From an uncultured Acidobacteriota bacterium (lineage in GTDB: Bacteria; Acidobacteriota; Vicinamibacteria; Vicinamibacterales; JAKQTR01): 64,000 bases of DNA. Below are positions 40,419-49,173 of this stretch, piece by piece. The position numbers and the translations under genes were made by a program. The stretch spans positions 1,733,573-1,797,572 of the forward strand of contig CAWDWR010000001.1 in assembly GCA_963806085.1 (NCBI GenBank), given 5' to 3'. Numbering within the stretch: position 1 is the stretch's first letter; each line of letters opens with the position of its first letter. The notes below the pieces were generated by a model. That model searched no databases, was not told the DNA's origin, and was given only the letters and a program-made list of their open reading frames with translations.

Positions 40419-40655
40419 GCAATTCCTGCCACCGCTCTGCACACCCACGCGCCGGCGGCGGCCGCCGCCGGCCGTGCACCATCGGGCAGACCTGCGCCAC
40501 AGTGTTGACTCGCAGGCACTTGCCTGCCACCGCGTTGACGTCGAGTGGCTCACGCCTGCCCGCGCCCGCACGGTTCTGCACACGACGTCACCCGGCATCG
40601 GTCTTGCTCATGCGGATCGTGTGAGGCGCCGGCATCCGGCGTCACCGAGGTGGAC

Positions 40656-40880
40656 ATGTCGACGACCGCTGCGTACGCCAACGCCCCCGAACTGGCCGTC
40701 AGGACGCTCGCCTGTGCCGTCATCAAGCAGGCCCTGTCTGACGCGCTCGATCCCACCACATCGCCAGATCTCCGGCGCGACGCCGAGCAGTTTCTTGCCG
40801 GCGACGCGTGGTTCCGCCGCTGGTGCGTGGCCGCGGGCCTGCAGCCGGTTCGCCTGATCTCCCGACGCCACGCCGCGTGA
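40656..40880 (+). CDS. Small hypothetical protein (74 aa)
   Basis: Met38 of ORF 40545..40880, preceded by GAGGTGG at 4-5 nt. It encodes MSTTAAYANAPELAVRTLACAVIKQALSDAL...FLAGDAWFRRWCVAAGLQP. It lies 56 nt upstream of the MopB gene. Confidence 0.4.
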   Translation: MSTTAAYANAPELAVRTLACAVIKQALSDALDPTTSPDLRRDAEQFLAGDAWFRRWCVAAGLQPVRLISRRHAA

Positions 40881-40936
40881 CAGCCGCCTGACGCCGATTC
40901 GCGATCCCGGCCGCACATCGGCTACACTCCCGGCCG

Positions 40937-42949
40937 ATGCCTGCGCTGCGGACGCTCCGCACCGTCTGCCCACGCAACTGCTACTGCACGTGCGGCATGC
41001 TCGTCACCCTCGACGAGGCCAACCGCATCGTTTCGATTGAAGGCGATCCCGAGAACCCGGCAACCGGCGGCCATGTCTGCGTGAAGGGGCTCTCGTACGC
41101 CCGCCGCGTCGCCTCAGCCAATCGCCTGCTGAGGCCGCTGCGGCGGAGGGCAACCGGCGTCGGCTTTGAGCCGATCGCCTGGCACGACGCGGTCGGCGAG
41201 ATCTGCGACCGGCTCACGCAGGTGCGGGAGCGGTATGGTCCCGAAGCGGCGCTCTACTACGAAGGGTCAGGGTCGCACGGGGCCCTCGGCGGGTTGGCAA
41301 TGGCCTTCTGGCGCCAGTTCGGCGGGTGTACCACCACCTTTGGCGACCTGTGCTGGCCGGCAGGCCTCGAAGCGACGCGACTGACCTACGGCGACAACCG
41401 CCACAACCATCCGACCCAGACGAGGCAGAGCCGGGTGATCCTGCTGTGGGGCCACAATCCCGCTGAAACGAACGTCCACCAGTGGCGGTTGATCCTCGAT
41501 GCCCAGGCGCAGGGCGCGCGCGTCATCGCGATCGACCCGCGGCAGACCGACTCCACCGACGCCGCGGACGTCCATCTGCAGCCCAGGCCCGGCACGGACG
41601 CGGCCCTGGCACTCGGCATCGCCAGGCTGATCGTCGACGAAGGCTTCCATGACGCGGCCTTCCTCGACACGAACGCGCACGGGTTCGAAGAGTATCGCCG
41701 CCGGCTGGAGGAGTTTCCCCTCGATCGCACGGCGTCGATTACCGGGCTCGATCCGGAGGACGTTCGCGCGCTGGCCATCGCGTACGCCCGCACGAAGCCG
41801 GCGCTGCTCATCGCGGGCTTCGGGCTCCAGCGCCACTCGCGCGCCGGCCAGACTATGCGGGCCGTCGCGCTGCTGCCCGCGCTGACCGGGAACGTCGGGC
41901 TCGCGGGCGGAGGATGGCAGTACGCGAATCTCGCCAGTCACTGCCTCCGTCCCCTGCCTCTGCCGCCCGAACCGGCCGCGTCGCGATCGATTCCCGTGTC
42001 GCAGGTCGCCAGGCACCTCGAGTCGATCGATGCCCCCCCGATCCGCGCCGCCTGGATCGAGCGGGGAAACCCGGCCGTGCAGAACCCGGCGGCACACCGC
42101 CTGCGCGACGCCCTCGCGCGCCTCGATCTCGTCGTCGTGGTCGATCAGTTCATGACGCCGACCGCCGAACTCGCCCACTACGTCCTTCCCGCGAAGTCCC
42201 TGTTCGAGGAGGAGGATCTCGTCACCGCCTACTGGCATCCGTACCTGCAGTGGCGCGCGAAGATCCTCGACCCTCCAGGCAACGTGCGGCCCGAGACGGA
42301 GATCTGGCGGGCGATGTGCGCCCGCATCGGCGCCGACACGAGCTGGTTCCCGACCGACCGCGAGGCGTTTCTCCAGGCGCTGCTGCCGGATGGGTGCACG
42401 GGCGTGCTGAGCGATCTGAAGGCCCGGCCGCTCGACCTGTCGGGCAACGGGGATGTGGCGTTCGCAGACGGGCGCTTCCCGACGCCCTCCGGCAAGGTGG
42501 AATTCGCCTCGGACGCCGCGGCCGGGCGATGGGGCGTCGATCGGGTGCCGGACTACCTGCCGCTTGACGAAGGCGCGGCGTCCCCGGCGCACGAGCGGTT
42601 CCCGCTGCAGTTGCTCTCCTGCAAGACGCGCGATCGCATCCACTCGCAGTTCGGCAATCTCGACTGGATCCAGGAGATCGAACGGCCCCACGTGCTCGAC
42701 ATCCATCCGGACGATGCAAAGGCGAGGGGCCTCGGTGATGGCAGCGGGGCGGTGGCATGGAACGACCGGGGCCGGATCGAATTGGCGGTCCGGGTCACGC
42801 CCGGCATCCGTCCGGGTGTCGTGCACATCCTTGAGGGCTGGTGCCACGAGGGCGACCCCGACGTGAACGCCCTGACGGCCGAAGGCATGACCGACATGAA
42901 CCACGGCGCCACGTTCTACGAGTGCCTCGTGGAGGTGGCGCGGGCATGA
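40937..42949 (+). CDS. Molybdopterin/tungstopterin (bis-PGD, MopB family) oxidoreductase catalytic subunit, no Tat signal
   Basis: 670-aa ORF. The N-terminal 4Fe-4S motif CPRNCYCTCG...C starts at residue 11, so there is no room for a signal peptide. Typical motifs are LWGHNPAETN, IAIDPR..., and a C-terminal beta-barrel HPDDA...G. Confidence 0.9.
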   Translation: MPALRTLRTVCPRNCYCTCGMLVTLDEANRIVSIEGDPENPATGGHVCVKGLSYARRVASANRLLRPLRRRATGVGFEPIAWHDAVGEICDRLTQVRERYGPEAALYYEGSGSHGALGGLAMAFWRQFGGCTTTFGDLCWPAGLEATRLTYGDNRHNHPTQTRQSRVILLWGHNPAETNVHQWRLILDAQAQGARVIAIDPRQTDSTDAADVHLQPRPGTDAALALGIARLIVDEGFHDAAFLDTNAHGFEEYRRRLEEFPLDRTASITGLDPEDVRALAIAYARTKPALLIAGFGLQRHSRAGQTMRAVALLPALTGNVGLAGGGWQYANLASHCLRPLPLPPEPAASRSIPVSQVARHLESIDAPPIRAAWIERGNPAVQNPAAHRLRDALARLDLVVVVDQFMTPTAELAHYVLPAKSLFEEEDLVTAYWHPYLQWRAKILDPPGNVRPETEIWRAMCARIGADTSWFPTDREAFLQALLPDGCTGVLSDLKARPLDLSGNGDVAFADGRFPTPSGKVEFASDAAAGRWGVDRVPDYLPLDEGAASPAHERFPLQLLSCKTRDRIHSQFGNLDWIQEIERPHVLDIHPDDAKARGLGDGSGAVAWNDRGRIELAVRVTPGIRPGVVHILEGWCHEGDPDVNALTAEGMTDMNHGATFYECLVEVARA

Positions 42950-43527
42950 GTGGCGCTGGTTTCCTGCTCGATCTGCACCGCTGCGTCGGATGCGGCGCGT
43001 GCGTCCTCGCGTGCCGGGTTGAGAACGGGCGCGCGGAGACCGCTGCGTGGCGGCGTGTGCTTCCCCTCAACCTGCGGCGGCATCCGGCGGGTCCCACCTA
43101 TTTCCTCTCGGTCGCCTGCCACCATTGTGAAGAGCCGGCGTGCCTGAAAGGCTGCCCCTCGAGCGCCTACGAGAAACGCTCCGATGGCATCGTCATCCAT
43201 CGCGAGGAGCTGTGCCTCGGGTGCCGGTACTGCGAGATGACATGCCCGTTCGGCACGCCGCGGTACGACGCCGCGACGGGCGTGATGTCGAAGTGCCACC
43301 TCTGCGCGCATCGGGTAGATGCCGGCCGGCCGCCGGCCTGTGTCGCGGCATGTCCGACCGCGGCGCTGCAGTTCGTGCCTCAAGGTGCGCCTCCAGACGG
43401 TACGCGGCGACTCGTGCCAGGATTCATCGACCCTGCACCGTGCCGGCCCGCGCTCTGGTTCGTGCCGCCCTCGGGCTCGCGGCGGGCGGGACTATTCAGG
43501 TCACTCGAGGAGACGTTGAAGAAGTGA
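42946..43527 (+). CDS. 4Fe-4S dicluster electron-transfer subunit (DmsB-like)
   Basis: Met36 of ORF 42841..43527, with an ATGA overlap onto the A subunit. Cys clusters are CVGCGACVLAC, CHHCEEPAC, CLGCRYCEMTCP and CHLC...C..ACP. Confidence 0.9.
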   Translation: MSGAGFLLDLHRCVGCGACVLACRVENGRAETAAWRRVLPLNLRRHPAGPTYFLSVACHHCEEPACLKGCPSSAYEKRSDGIVIHREELCLGCRYCEMTCPFGTPRYDAATGVMSKCHLCAHRVDAGRPPACVAACPTAALQFVPQGAPPDGTRRLVPGFIDPAPCRPALWFVPPSGSRRAGLFRSLEETLKK

Positions 43528-44354
43528 GTGATCGCACGGGGCATCGTTCGCTCGTTGCCTTCACCACCCTCGCCATCGCGGGCGCGGGACTCGTGGCGGC
43601 GTCCGCGTATTTCGAACTCGTCCACGGCCTGGGCGCGGCACGAACCATCGCCGCCGGGGCCGCCCTGCTTGCGGCCGGCCTGTTCGTCTCATTCGCGCAC
43701 CTGGGTCAGAAGCAGCGAGCCCTGCTCGCCACGCGTGGCCTGGGGCGCAGCGCGCTCAGCAACGAGGCGCTCGTCGCCGGGCTGGCGCTCGCTGGGGCGG
43801 TGGTTGCGGCGGGCGTCGGCCTGTTAGCGGGCGTGCCGTCGGCGGTCGCCACGGGGGCGGCCGGGATGCTCAATGTCGCGCTGCTGGTGTCGATCGGTCT
43901 CGTCTATCGGATCCGGGGCCAGTGCACCTGGCTGGGCTTTGCGGTCGTCACGCCTCTCACGGCGGGCCTGGCCTTCGGCGCCATCGCGGTGCAATCGGCG
44001 GCCGCCGAAGACGGCGTCTTCCAGGTCACGCTGCTCGTCATCGCTATTGACGCACTCCTGTTCTCCCAACGCTGGCGGGAAGTCGTCAGCATTCCGTTCT
44101 CCGAGGCCATGCTGGCGGACAGGTGGCACGTCAGGCGCACGCAGCTGCTGGCGGCGCGGTTCTTCCTGCTCGACGCCGTGCCGTTCATCCTGCTCGCCGT
44201 CTCGCCCACGCCGCTGGCGGTGCCGGCAGCCGCTGCGGGCCTGTTCCTCGATCGGTTCGGCTTCTACGCCCTCGCCCTTCAGCACACGACGGAGCAGGAA
44301 GTCGCCGGCGTCGAGGCGCGGCTCGTCGTCCCGGACCACCCGCCGGCAGACTGA
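43524..44354 (+). CDS. DmsC-like membrane anchor subunit
   Basis: GTG start overlapping the B-subunit stop (GTGA), in frame with ORF 43140..44354. About 8 hydrophobic helices. The N-terminal GHRSLVAFTTLAIAGAG resembles the DmsC HEWPLxxFT start. Confidence 0.75.
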   Translation: MSDRTGHRSLVAFTTLAIAGAGLVAASAYFELVHGLGAARTIAAGAALLAAGLFVSFAHLGQKQRALLATRGLGRSALSNEALVAGLALAGAVVAAGVGLLAGVPSAVATGAAGMLNVALLVSIGLVYRIRGQCTWLGFAVVTPLTAGLAFGAIAVQSAAAEDGVFQVTLLVIAIDALLFSQRWREVVSIPFSEAMLADRWHVRRTQLLAARFFLLDAVPFILLAVSPTPLAVPAAAAGLFLDRFGFYALALQHTTEQEVAGVEARLVVPDHPPAD

Positions 44355-44449
44355 TCCCGTCCGCCCGGCCTCAGCGACAGGGAGTCAGAGGTTTTGGCTT
44401 TCGCTCCGGATCTGGCTACGATCGCATCCTGGAGGGAACTGGAGTGTCG

Positions 44450-46030
44450 ATGAACCGCGTGCTCGCAGGATTGTCGATCGTCGCGTGTGTCGGGACGGCG
44501 CAGGCGCTGACAGCAGGCGCCGGCAGCCCGCAGGCGGCGGCCCACCAGGCCGTCCTGAGGCTGGCCACGACGACCAGTACCGTGGACACCGGGCTCTTCA
44601 AGGCGATCCTCCCCGCATTCGAATCGCAGTGCGGCTGCCGCGTGGATGTCGTGGCGGTCGGCACGGGGCAGGCCCTCGAACTCGGCCGGCGCGGCGACGC
44701 GGACGTCCTCCTCGTCCACGCGCCTGAACAGGAATCGGCCTTCATGAAGGAAGGCCACGCGGTGCGACGCGACGACGTCATGTATAACGACTTCGTCATC
44801 GTCGGCCCGGCAGCCGACCCGGCGGGTGTCGCGAAGGTCTCGATGGCAAAGGACGCCTTCCAGAGTATTCAGGCCGCCTCCGCCGCGTTCGCGAGCCGCG
44901 GCGACAGGTCGGGGACGCACACGAAGGAACTGGCGTTGTGGAAGGCCGCCGGCATCACGCCGGCTGCGGGCGCGCCATGGTATCTCTCGGTTGGCCAGGG
45001 CATGGGCGAGACGCTGACGTTCGCCAATGAACGCCGCGCCTATGTCTTGACCGACCGCGCCACGTGGACGTCGATGAAGGAGCGCCTGCCGAACCTGCGC
45101 CAGGTCTTCGGCGGAGCCTCAGCCGACACGAATCCGGATCGCGACCTCCGCAACCAGTACGGCGTCATCGTGATCGACAAGGCGCGGCACGCCGGTGTGA
45201 ACACGGCGCTTGCCCTCCGATTCGCCGACTGGCTGGTGTCGAAGCCGACGCAGCAGCGGATCGGCGCGTTCGGCCGCGACGGCGCCGGGCACTCGCTCTT
45301 CTACCCGGACTCCGACGAGTTCAAGGCCACGGACCAGATCCGGGTCGTGATCGGAGCGAAGACACGCACCTTCACGCTGGACGACCTCCGGAAGGCCAGG
45401 CGGGCGACGCTGGCGGGCGTCGAACACATCGGCGTGAAGAAGGGTGCCCTCGGCAAGTACACGTGGGTGGGGGCGTCCCTGAAAGACGTCCTGCTGTCGG
45501 TCGACTCCGAGCTTGCCGCTCCGTCCCGGTCGGCCTCGACCATCGACGTGATCAGCAGCGACGGCTGGGTGGCCAGCCTGACGTGGCACGAACTGTTCGG
45601 CCAGATCAGCCGCGGTGAAGGCCTCTATCTGGCAAAGGGCTGCAATGAATGTCACGGGCTGCGCGCGGAAGGCACCAGCCCCGAGGGCAAGCGGCCGGCG
45701 CCGAAGCTGATGGGGCAGGCGTTCCCGGTGGCTGACACCACGTCGATGATCCGGACGGGAACGGGTCAGCACCAGGGCATCTCGGCGTACACCGAGGCCA
45801 GGCTTTCGGACGCCGACCTGGCGGCCATCCTCGGTTGGCTCGCGAAACCGGCACGCACCGGCAGCGCCGACGTGTTTGTCGTGCCCGAGGCGCGGCGGGC
45901 GATCGTGCTGGCCTACGAGCGCGACGGCAAGCCGATGACCGGACGCGATGGCCTGATCCAACTGGTGGTCGGCGCGGACGAGTTCGCGTCCAGGTATTCG
46001 CACTGGGTGTCTGAAATCCGCGTCCGCTAG
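44450..46030 (+). CDS. tupA: Tungstate ABC transporter substrate-binding lipoprotein TupA fused to a sulfite-oxidase-fold-like domain with an inserted c-type cytochrome module
   Basis: Met110 of ORF 44123..46030 (GGAGGGA upstream). Lipobox IVAC. The TupA core reads TTTSTVDTGLFKAILPAFE...AVGTGQALELGRRGDADVLLVHAP...MYNDFVIVGP. The C-terminal extension carries a CNECHG heme-binding site. Confidence 0.85.
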   Translation: MNRVLAGLSIVACVGTAQALTAGAGSPQAAAHQAVLRLATTTSTVDTGLFKAILPAFESQCGCRVDVVAVGTGQALELGRRGDADVLLVHAPEQESAFMKEGHAVRRDDVMYNDFVIVGPAADPAGVAKVSMAKDAFQSIQAASAAFASRGDRSGTHTKELALWKAAGITPAAGAPWYLSVGQGMGETLTFANERRAYVLTDRATWTSMKERLPNLRQVFGGASADTNPDRDLRNQYGVIVIDKARHAGVNTALALRFADWLVSKPTQQRIGAFGRDGAGHSLFYPDSDEFKATDQIRVVIGAKTRTFTLDDLRKARRATLAGVEHIGVKKGALGKYTWVGASLKDVLLSVDSELAAPSRSASTIDVISSDGWVASLTWHELFGQISRGEGLYLAKGCNECHGLRAEGTSPEGKRPAPKLMGQAFPVADTTSMIRTGTGQHQGISAYTEARLSDADLAAILGWLAKPARTGSADVFVVPEARRAIVLAYERDGKPMTGRDGLIQLVVGADEFASRYSHWVSEIRVR

Positions 46031-46106
46031 ACCGGGGGGTCTGGACGAGAGGTCCGCCATCGACAGCATCCTGCGCGCGCTCGGCGATCCGGCCCTGCTG
46101 GCGATC

Positions 46107-46724
46107 GTGTCGCTCACGTTCCAGGTGACCGGACTCGCGCTCGTGATCGCCACCGTGATCGGCGTGCCTGTCGGTGCCCTGGTCGGCCTGACGCGTTTCC
46201 CCGGCAAGCAACTCGTCACGCTCGCGTTGTACACCGGCATGGGCCTGCCGCCCGTTGTCGTCGGCCTCGTGGTCTACATGCTGCTGTCGCGCAGCGGCCC
46301 CGTCGGGTCGATGGGCTGGCTCTTCACACCGCCGGCAATGGTCGTCGCGCAGACGATCATCGCGTTCCCGCTCGTCGCCGCGTTGACGATGAGCGCGGTG
46401 GAAGGGGTCGATCCGGACTTGCGCCTGCAGGTGCGGGCCCTTGGAGCCACGCGCTGGCAGACCGGCTGTACCGTCCTGCGCGAGGCCCGGATTGGCCTGA
46501 CAGCGGCCATCGTCGCCGCCTTCGGCGGGATCATCTCCGAGGTTGGCGCGGTGATGCTGGTGGGCGGCAACATCGAAGGCCAGACGCGCGTGCTCACGAC
46601 GGCCATCGTGCTCTCGACGCGTCAGGGCGACTTCGCGCTGGCCATGGCGCTCGGCATCGTGCTGCTGGCGCTCGCGCTCGGCGCCAACGCGGTGCTACTG
46701 CAGTTGCAGGGACGGGCGAAATGA
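46107..46724 (+). CDS. tupB: Tungstate ABC transporter permease
   Basis: 205-aa ORF (GTG start) of the MetI/BPD-type permease family. The homologous N-terminal sequence (IDSILRALGDPALLAI) continues upstream without a canonical start codon, so the true start may be ATC 46059. Confidence 0.85.
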   Translation: MSLTFQVTGLALVIATVIGVPVGALVGLTRFPGKQLVTLALYTGMGLPPVVVGLVVYMLLSRSGPVGSMGWLFTPPAMVVAQTIIAFPLVAALTMSAVEGVDPDLRLQVRALGATRWQTGCTVLREARIGLTAAIVAAFGGIISEVGAVMLVGGNIEGQTRVLTTAIVLSTRQGDFALAMALGIVLLALALGANAVLLQLQGRAK

Positions 46725-47446
46725 CCCCGCAGCCGCCCGCCTTCGAACTCGCCGGCGTCCGCCACAGGTATGGCGCGAGAACCGTGCTGAGCATCCCCCA
46801 CCTCTCCATCCACAGGGGCGAGACCCTGGGCATCATCGGCCCGAGCGGTGCCGGCAAGAGCACGTTGTTGCGGCTGCTCCAGGGACTCGAGCGGCCGGCC
46901 GAGGGGACCATCAACATCGACGGCGAGCCCATGCCCGATCCGCTGCCGCTGGCGCTTGCCCGCCGTGTCACGACGGTGTTCCAGCGGCCGCTGATGCTCG
47001 ACCGGCGCGTCCGCGACAACGTGCTGTTCGGGCTCCAGGTGCGCGGACGGAAGGACCGCGCGCCGGCCGGTCCTCTGCTCGAACGCCTGGGCCTCACGCA
47101 CCTGGCAGACGCGCAGGCCCGGCGCCTGTCCGGCGGCGAGGCTCAACGCGTCGCGCTCGCCCGCGCGCTGGCCATCGAGCCCGATGTCCTGCTGCTCGAC
47201 GAGCCCGCGGCGAACCTCGACCCGGCGAACGTCGCCCGCGTCGAGGCGCTCATCCGCGACGCGCAGGCGCGCGGCACCACGATCGTACTCGTCACGCACA
47301 ATACGCACGAGGCCCGCCGCCTGGCGCACCGGACGCTGCTGCTGATTGAAGGGGCTGTCGTCGAGACAGGGCCGACCGTGGCGTTCTTCGAGTCGCCGGC
47401 AGAAGCCCGGACGCGGGCCTTCCTCGCCGGCGAATTGGTGTACTAG
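46721..47446 (+). CDS. tupC: Tungstate ABC transporter ATP-binding protein
   Basis: 241-aa ORF with Walker A GPSGAGKST, signature LSGGEAQR and Walker B LLLDEP. It overlaps tupB by 4 nt. Confidence 0.9.
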   Translation: MTPQPPAFELAGVRHRYGARTVLSIPHLSIHRGETLGIIGPSGAGKSTLLRLLQGLERPAEGTINIDGEPMPDPLPLALARRVTTVFQRPLMLDRRVRDNVLFGLQVRGRKDRAPAGPLLERLGLTHLADAQARRLSGGEAQRVALARALAIEPDVLLLDEPAANLDPANVARVEALIRDAQARGTTIVLVTHNTHEARRLAHRTLLLIEGAVVETGPTVAFFESPAEARTRAFLAGELVY

Positions 47447-48051
47447 GCACCCGCTGGTCTGAACACGTCGCGCAGGCGGATCTTCAGCCCCGGAAAAAGC
47501 CGCGACTCCAGAACGTGTCCGCTTGTCAGCGCAAGAACGGACATTTCCGTGAGCCCGCCGCCCGGCCCCGGCCGGCGCAGCACGGTAATCGACTCGGCGG
47601 CGGGGTCGACCAGCCAGTACTCCTGAACGCCCTCTCGGTCGTAGACGGCCCGCTTCCGCCCCAGGTCTCGCCGGCGCGTGCCGGGGGACAGGATCTCCAC
47701 GGCCAGATCCGGCGCGGCCGTCGCGTGCTTCTCGTTGACGGTGCGCGCAAAGCGGCCGGCGGTGAAGTAGACGAGGTCCGGCACGAGGACGGTATGAGCC
47801 GACAGCTTCACGTCGAACGGCGCGAAGAGCACCTCGCCGCTCCGGTGGCGTTCAGCGTGGGCGTTGAGGACGACGAACAGCCGCTTGAGAATCGTCTGGT
47901 GGGCCGTGCTGGGTGATGGCGTCACGAAGTGTTCCCCGTCGATCAGTTCGTGCCGCAGCTGGTCGTCGGGCAGCGCGACCAGGTCGCTGTACGTCCACGG
48001 ACGGTGCGTCTGCTGCGCGGAACTCATGGCATGCTTCCGGGAAGCCATCAC
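47443..48051 (-). CDS. Uma2-family (DUF820) endonuclease
   Basis: 202-aa ORF. It reads ELIDGE...SP...H, PDL...APDLAVEILSP and EYWLVDP, typical of the Uma2/PD-(D/E)xK fold. Confidence 0.85.
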   Translation of the reverse strand: MMASRKHAMSSAQQTHRPWTYSDLVALPDDQLRHELIDGEHFVTPSPSTAHQTILKRLFVVLNAHAERHRSGEVLFAPFDVKLSAHTVLVPDLVYFTAGRFARTVNEKHATAAPDLAVEILSPGTRRRDLGRKRAVYDREGVQEYWLVDPAAESITVLRRPGPGGGLTEMSVLALTSGHVLESRLFPGLKIRLRDVFRPAGA

Positions 48052-48266
48052 GCGGCGATTTTACCATCGTCGCTGGCGCCCCTCAGGACCTCCCGGGTGC
48101 GAAGAGCGCGCCAACCGTCAGATGCGGACAGCCCGTTCAGATCCGCTTGTCCAGTAAGCAGTTAGGGGATGAGGCGAGCGGCAGCGGCGGCGGATGGTTG
48201 CAGTTTCTGCCATCCGGACCGGTTCCAGGCCGCGCAGGAACTGCCGTGAACGCGAGTGCGCCGGGT

Positions 48267-49091
48267 CTAGCGGAGGCGGTAGGTCAGCGACGTGATCATC
48301 GTGTAGGCCGCGGGGCCGGCGACGACCGGGCTGTTCTCGATCGGGCTGCCGAAGGCCTCGCGGCTGAACAGCGCAAAGAGCGACCAGTTCTGCGTGAGGC
48401 GGATGTTGGCGCCGAGAGTCAGGTCCCAGTTCCACGACGAGGTGCCGCGGTACTCAGGGCGGTCGGGACGGGCTTCAGCCTCGCTGACACCGTAGTAGTA
48501 GTCGACCCGGGTCGCGCTGACCCATCGGGGGCCGATGCCGGCGAGCAGGAACGATCCGCGGCCGAGCGGCGCACCGGTCACGGCCTGCAGGCTGACCTCC
48601 TGGCCGCTGTTCCGGCCGAGGATATCGGACAGCATGTTGAAGCGGAACCCGACCGGCCGGGCACGATAGACGATTTCCGTGCCGGCGTCGGCCGACATGC
48701 TCCGGTTCGTCATGCCCTCGAGATACGGGCTGTCGGTCGATTCGAGGCCTTCGAAGTTCGCCTGCAGGTAGGCGTTGCCGGTCAGTTGCCCGGACTTCAG
48801 GAACTGGTATCCGCCACGGATCCCCTCGACGAACAGGTTCTTGTAGCGGACGTTGACGACGGGAATCGGGATGACCGCAGCGCTGGCGCCCTCGTAGGGC
48901 CGCGGGGCGAAGATGACGCCCCCGCCAACCGAAAGATCCAGGTTGTCGGGTGCGCTCGGCGGGGCTTCCTGCACGGCCGGGGCCTTCACCGGGCCATCGT
49001 GGGCGGACGCCCATCCGGGCGCACACGCCAGCAGGCTCAACGTCAGAAACGCTCCAACCAACGGCCGGGACCGAGGCCCACGCACAGTCAT
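48267..49091 (-). CDS. MipA/OmpV-family outer-membrane protein
   Basis: This is the last 274 codons of ORF 48267..49484. It has a signal peptide and alternating beta-strand pattern, with LSVGGGVIFAPRPYEGAS... and a C-terminal ...TSLTYRLR. Confidence 0.85.
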   Translation of the reverse strand: MTVRGPRSRPLVGAFLTLSLLACAPGWASAHDGPVKAPAVQEAPPSAPDNLDLSVGGGVIFAPRPYEGASAAVIPIPVVNVRYKNLFVEGIRGGYQFLKSGQLTGNAYLQANFEGLESTDSPYLEGMTNRSMSADAGTEIVYRARPVGFRFNMLSDILGRNSGQEVSLQAVTGAPLGRGSFLLAGIGPRWVSATRVDYYYGVSEAEARPDRPEYRGTSSWNWDLTLGANIRLTQNWSLFALFSREAFGSPIENSPVVAGPAAYTMITSLTYRLR

Positions 49092-49173
49092 GCTCCCTCC
49101 AGGGCATGACCTTGCCGGAATCAGCCCTCGCGTATAGAACAGTCGACGCGGCGGATTTATTCCCGAGCGCGTT

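Noticed and set aside
44355-44449. Moco/Tuco riboswitch upstream of tupA (also considered for 40419..40655).
   Set aside because: The gap before tupA is too short (95 nt). I could not find the conserved Moco-motif core in either region. This was not verified with a covariance model.
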